Positions 60,522 to 64,000 of a stretch of 64,000 nt of DNA are shown here, piece by piece; the stretch's first letter is position 1, and each line of letters starts with the position of its first letter. The notes beneath the pieces are model-generated. The model was not told the origin of the DNA and did no database searches. It saw only the letters and a program-made list of their open reading frames with translations. The translations under genes and the position numbers were made by a program. Origin of the DNA: Eubacteriales bacterium (GTDB taxonomy: Bacteria; Bacillota; Clostridia; Lachnospirales; Lachnospiraceae); assembly GCA_030525875.1 (NCBI GenBank), contig JAUNDV010000007.1, forward strand, positions 1,766-65,765, read 5' to 3'.

Positions 60522-61514
60522 ATGAAAAAATTATATATTATCACTTTTTTGTGTTCTTTGCTTTTTTCAATGAATGTTTATGCTTTTGTAGACAATAATG
60601 ATGACAAAATTGCCGTATCTAATTTCGTATCGGAAATTTATCCAAATTTATCAGCAGAAGAAAAGGAACAAATAACTGAAAAATTATATGAAGAAAAATA
60701 TGGCAATTCTAATCCAACCACTTTCTCTGATATACCTGTGGAGCCATATATTCAAGAAGAAGATCCTCTCTATATCGCAATGATGGAAAAGGAAAATTAT
60801 ATTGTCGACTTAATAAACAAATTAGGAGGAAGCTCCACTTATGAAAGCTGGGAATATAATTTAGACTTTTTAACAGAACATCTTGACAAAATAAAAGTCC
60901 TAGATGATGTAAATATAGAGTATGTAAATTCCTATATTTATGATTATACTTCTTTAAGAGAAAGTAAAAAAAATCCAACTAAAAAAGTATATACAGGCCC
61001 ATCTTTATTGGCCAATGATTACGATTATGAAGCTGCTATTAGTTATGCAAGATTATATGTTATAAAATACAATCCTGATTATCCTGATTGGACTCCATAT
61101 GGTGGAGATTGCGCTAATTTTGTTTCACAATGTCTTTATGCTGGTGGAAAACCAATGCGTGGTACTGATCCAAACGATGCATTAAGTTGGTTTTCAAGTG
61201 GAAATACTACTGATACTAATAAAGTAGCTGGAGCATGGAGAGATGCCAATATGTTTCGTAATTATTGGCAAGAATATTCTACCGCATATAAACAATTTGA
61301 CAGAGGAGGTATTGATACATACAATTATACTTAGCCTGGCGATGTTGTTTCTCTATTGAATAATAATGGGTTAGCTTATCATACTTTAATTTGTACATCT
61401 TTTATTAGCAGTACTCAAACTACCACCTGTTTTAGCCATACTGGTTCTGCTTCCAGAGATTTAAACACAGTAACCGTTCCTCTGATAGTATATCACGTAA
61501 GAGATAGCTATTAA
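60522..61514 (+). pseudogene. Secreted Amidase_6-like (putative cysteine amidase) gene interrupted by an in-frame TAG at 61332-61334
   Basis: The ORF 60522-61334 (270 aa) has a signal peptide and the GGDCANFVSQCLYAGG Cys motif. The same frame continues after the TAG for 59 codons: PGDVVSLLNNNGLAYHTLICTSF...SHTG.... That stretch carries the expected PGD and His-containing blocks and ends at a TAA at 61512-61514. Confidence 0.7.
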
Positions 61515-61540
61515 AATGATAATTTATAACTCTAAATCAA

Positions 61541-61576
61541 GGCCACTGGATTATCCGGTGGCCTATGCTTTTTTAT
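61541..61576 (+). terminator. Rho-independent terminator
   Basis: GGCCACTGGA-TTA-TCCGGTGGCC followed by TATGCTTTTTT. It lies after the extended reading frame, not after the TAG. Confidence 0.8.
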
Positions 61577-61648
61577 AAGGAAATATTACATGCTTGGTAA
61601 ACTACCCATAACGATACACACTACCATTATAAATCTTATTTTTAAGTC

Positions 61649-62305
61649 TTAATCTAATAGCTTTTCTAATTTAAGTATATTCTCTACCTTATCCTTATCC
61701 CTAAGATAATAATGTGCTGATTTAATAACAAGAACCAATTTACCACAAGGCATATCTACATCCTTGGAAATATTATTTAAAATAATCCAAAGCATTACAA
61801 GGTTTATATAAGCCTTACAGCCAAAATCCAGAGCTCTGCAATATGCTGTCATATTAAGTTTTCCATTTTCCTCCTGAAAATCCAACAGGCTGACACAAGG
61901 AATATACCATTCATCCGTAAGTGGTTCAAACATTGTAAGTGTGGCAGATCTGGTTTTTGGATTTTGTTTTAATTTTTCTATAAGCCACTTTACCTGATCT
62001 TTCTTTCCCATATACGAATATAACCTTGAAGCATATGAATTTTGATTATTTAACTTTTCCACTTCTTCCTGCACAGTGAAATTTCTAACCATCCAGTCAT
62101 ACTCTTCCTGTACCTTATATCTTTCAATAATATCATCAGGAAGAACTGCATCTTTTATTTCTGCTGTAAGTCCCATGAGCTCTTTTACTTCATACTCTTC
62201 GCCCGGATTATCTGTATAAATTTCATTCTTTCCATTTGTATATAGCTCGTTAAGTATTCTTATCCATAATTCCCCAAGCTTTTCAAATTTACCTAAATCA
62301 TGCAT
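61649..62305 (-). CDS. Short, divergent thymidylate-synthase-fold protein (ThyA/dCMP-hydroxymethylase superfamily)
   Basis: 218 aa. Blocks align in order with ThyA landmarks. YASRLY matches Y..RL, and KTRSATLTMFEP matches SRR...WNP. IPCVSLLDF matches the catalytic PC. CRALDFGCKAYINL matches RS.D....N, and KSAHYY matches AH.Y. AGGAGAAAG precedes the ATG. Confidence 0.6.
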   Translation of the reverse strand: MHDLGKFEKLGELWIRILNELYTNGKNEIYTDNPGEEYEVKELMGLTAEIKDAVLPDDIIERYKVQEEYDWMVRNFTVQEEVEKLNNQNSYASRLYSYMGKKDQVKWLIEKLKQNPKTRSATLTMFEPLTDEWYIPCVSLLDFQEENGKLNMTAYCRALDFGCKAYINLVMLWIILNNISKDVDMPCGKLVLVIKSAHYYLRDKDKVENILKLEKLLD

Positions 62306-62330
62306 TTTTACTTTCTCCTATCAATCTATA

Positions 62331-63968
62331 TCAATATACCATTTTTCCATCCACATATGTATTAAGCACCTTGATATTCTTAATGTCTCCAACCTCAGTT
62401 TCAAAAGGATTTTCTGAAAGGACTGTGAAATCAGCAAGCATTCCACCTCTTATCTTTCCTTTTATATTTTCCTCAAATGAAGCATATGCACCATTTACTG
62501 AAAATGTCTTAAGTGCCTCGTCCATACTTAGTGCCTGTTCTGGAAGATATGCCACTTCATCTGCTTTAGCACTAAGCCTTTTTCTTGTTACAGCACACTG
62601 TATTCCTCCCATGACAAACGGCAGCTCCACTGGGCAGTCTGAACCATTTGAGGCAGACATTGTATTGTACATGGTTTTAAAATTATAGCTTGTTTTTGCA
62701 AGCTCTACGCCTACCCTGTCATCAACTATCTGTATATCATAATCAAGGAAAATGGATTGTATATATGCATGAAGTCCCAGTCTTTTACATCTCTCAAGCT
62801 GATCCTCTCTCATTATCTGGCAATGAACTATTCCATTTCTAAGGTCAGCTCTTGCACAGTCACTTCCAAATACCTCTTCATATGCATCAAGTACCATATC
62901 CAGCGTTCCATTTCCTATTACATGAACTGCAATCTGCATTCCGTTTGAAGAAGCAATTTTGAACATTTCCCTAAGCTCTGCCTCTGACAAAAGTGCCATA
63001 CCTCTGGTAGATGGATCATCATTGTAGCTTCTGTCAAGGTAAGCTGTCCTTGTTCCAAGTGAACCATCTCCAAGCAGCTTAAGAGGTCCTATCTTAAAAA
63101 ACTCATCTCCAACTCCCGTATGATATCCCTTGTCAATAAACTTCTTAAAGCTCTTTCCATCAAGGAATAGTGACTGTTCATATACCCTTACTGTAAGTTT
63201 TCCTTCAGCTCTTAGCTCTCTATAGGCTGAAAGCACATCCTCATATGGCACATTGCTAAAGCAAAGCAGATCGTCCGTCTGCACTGAGGTAATACCAAAG
63301 CTATTTAAGGCGGACTGCGCTGCCATTATCAGCTCTTTAAGTCTAGCTTTATCAGGTCTTGGAAATGCAGCTGTTACCAGATCCATCGCATTTTCCCTGA
63401 AAATGCCGTTTGGCCTTCCTTCTTTATCAAACTCTATTTTCCCACCATATGGAACTTCTGTATTTTGATCTATGTTCAGAATCTCAAGAGCCATAGAATT
63501 AACTACAAGCATATGTCCACAGGCTCTTGTAAGCGCTATAGGATGCTTATCCGATATCTTGTCCAGATCCCATCTCAACGGATAGTCTGCATTTTCATGA
63601 AAATAATCCTGATTCCAGCCTCTGCCTATTACCCATGCTCCTTCTGGAATATTTTCATCCTTTATAAATGCCCTTACCTTGCTAATTATTGAAGCCACAG
63701 AATCTGTATCTTTAGTCAGGTCAGCTGTTTTTAATGCCTTGCCATAATTTAAAAGATGCATATGTGAATCATTAAAACCGGGACATACAAAGCTTCCTCC
63801 AAGATCTATTATCTCTGCTTCTTCATCCCCATAATCTAATATTTCATCATTGCTGCCTACCCTTACAAATACATTTTCCTTGACTGCAAAAGCCTGCTCA
63901 AGCTCTACAGATTCTCCTGTATATATTTTTCCATTAATAAATTTCTTTAACATTTTATCTACACCCAT
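62331..63968 (-). CDS. Amidohydrolase-3 family (YtcJ-like) metal-dependent hydrolase
   Basis: 545 aa. GFNDSHMHL metal-binding motif, HVIGNG, a HCQ block and a C-terminal GMLADFTVL segment. The start could be at M1 or M6. Confidence 0.8.
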   Translation of the reverse strand: MGVDKMLKKFINGKIYTGESVELEQAFAVKENVFVRVGSNDEILDYGDEEAEIIDLGGSFVCPGFNDSHMHLLNYGKALKTADLTKDTDSVASIISKVRAFIKDENIPEGAWVIGRGWNQDYFHENADYPLRWDLDKISDKHPIALTRACGHMLVVNSMALEILNIDQNTEVPYGGKIEFDKEGRPNGIFRENAMDLVTAAFPRPDKARLKELIMAAQSALNSFGITSVQTDDLLCFSNVPYEDVLSAYRELRAEGKLTVRVYEQSLFLDGKSFKKFIDKGYHTGVGDEFFKIGPLKLLGDGSLGTRTAYLDRSYNDDPSTRGMALLSEAELREMFKIASSNGMQIAVHVIGNGTLDMVLDAYEEVFGSDCARADLRNGIVHCQIMREDQLERCKRLGLHAYIQSIFLDYDIQIVDDRVGVELAKTSYNFKTMYNTMSASNGSDCPVELPFVMGGIQCAVTRKRLSAKADEVAYLPEQALSMDEALKTFSVNGAYASFEENIKGKIRGGMLADFTVLSENPFETEVGDIKNIKVLNTYVDGKMVY

Positions 63969-64000
63969 TTGAATTTATTTTTTCCCTAGAACCAATACAT

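Noticed and set aside
61332-61334. Pyrrolysine or other programmed recoding of the TAG in the amidase-like gene
   Set aside because: There are no pyl genes or recoding signals in the window, and a secreted hydrolase is an unlikely Pyl protein. A nonsense mutation or sequencing error is more parsimonious. It is kept as a finding only for the interrupted gene itself.
1-64000. Defence systems, prophage, mobile elements, and tRNA/rRNA genes
   Set aside because: I scanned all ORFs and intergenic regions. I found no nuclease/helicase/RT/ATPase defence-type genes, no integrase or transposase, no phage structural genes and no tRNA-like or rRNA-like GC-rich structured segments.

Overview
This 64-kb window comes from a low-GC Firmicute. 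The protein sequences look clostridial, Lachnospiraceae-like, but I could not run a search. All but five CDSs lie on the minus strand. From left to right: tyrS (partial), L-serine dehydratase sdaAB/sdaAA, a DUF624 membrane protein, a PucR-type regulator, an orphan MsmK-type sugar ABC ATPase and a secreted cell-wall-binding-repeat protein. Next comes a yiaK-like sugar-acid locus with a TRAP transporter, an Ldh_2 dehydrogenase and two YhcH/YiaL paralogs. It is followed by a LacI/GntR/cyclase/PanE-like module bracketed by two homologous hairpin-repeat arrays. Core genes follow: tuf-fusA-rpsG-rpsL, rpoC-rpoB, ddl, yajC-tgt-secDF, a DMT transporter, an atypical lspA and an acyl-ACP thioesterase. 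A cell-wall polysaccharide region of about 19 kb (39.4-58.5 kb) holds DegT, GT2/GT8 genes, glf, glmM, rfbBDA, an LCP protein, a priming sugar transferase and an embedded leuA. The right end carries a nucleoside phosphorylase, preQ1-riboswitch-queT, an interrupted Amidase_6 gene, and a thymidylate-synthase-like plus amidohydrolase pair. I saw no transposase, integrase, CRISPR, tRNA/rRNA or recognisable defence genes. No clear novel multi-gene system is evident. The most unusual items are the twin repeat arrays, the ThyA-like/amidohydrolase operon and the TAG-split amidase gene.
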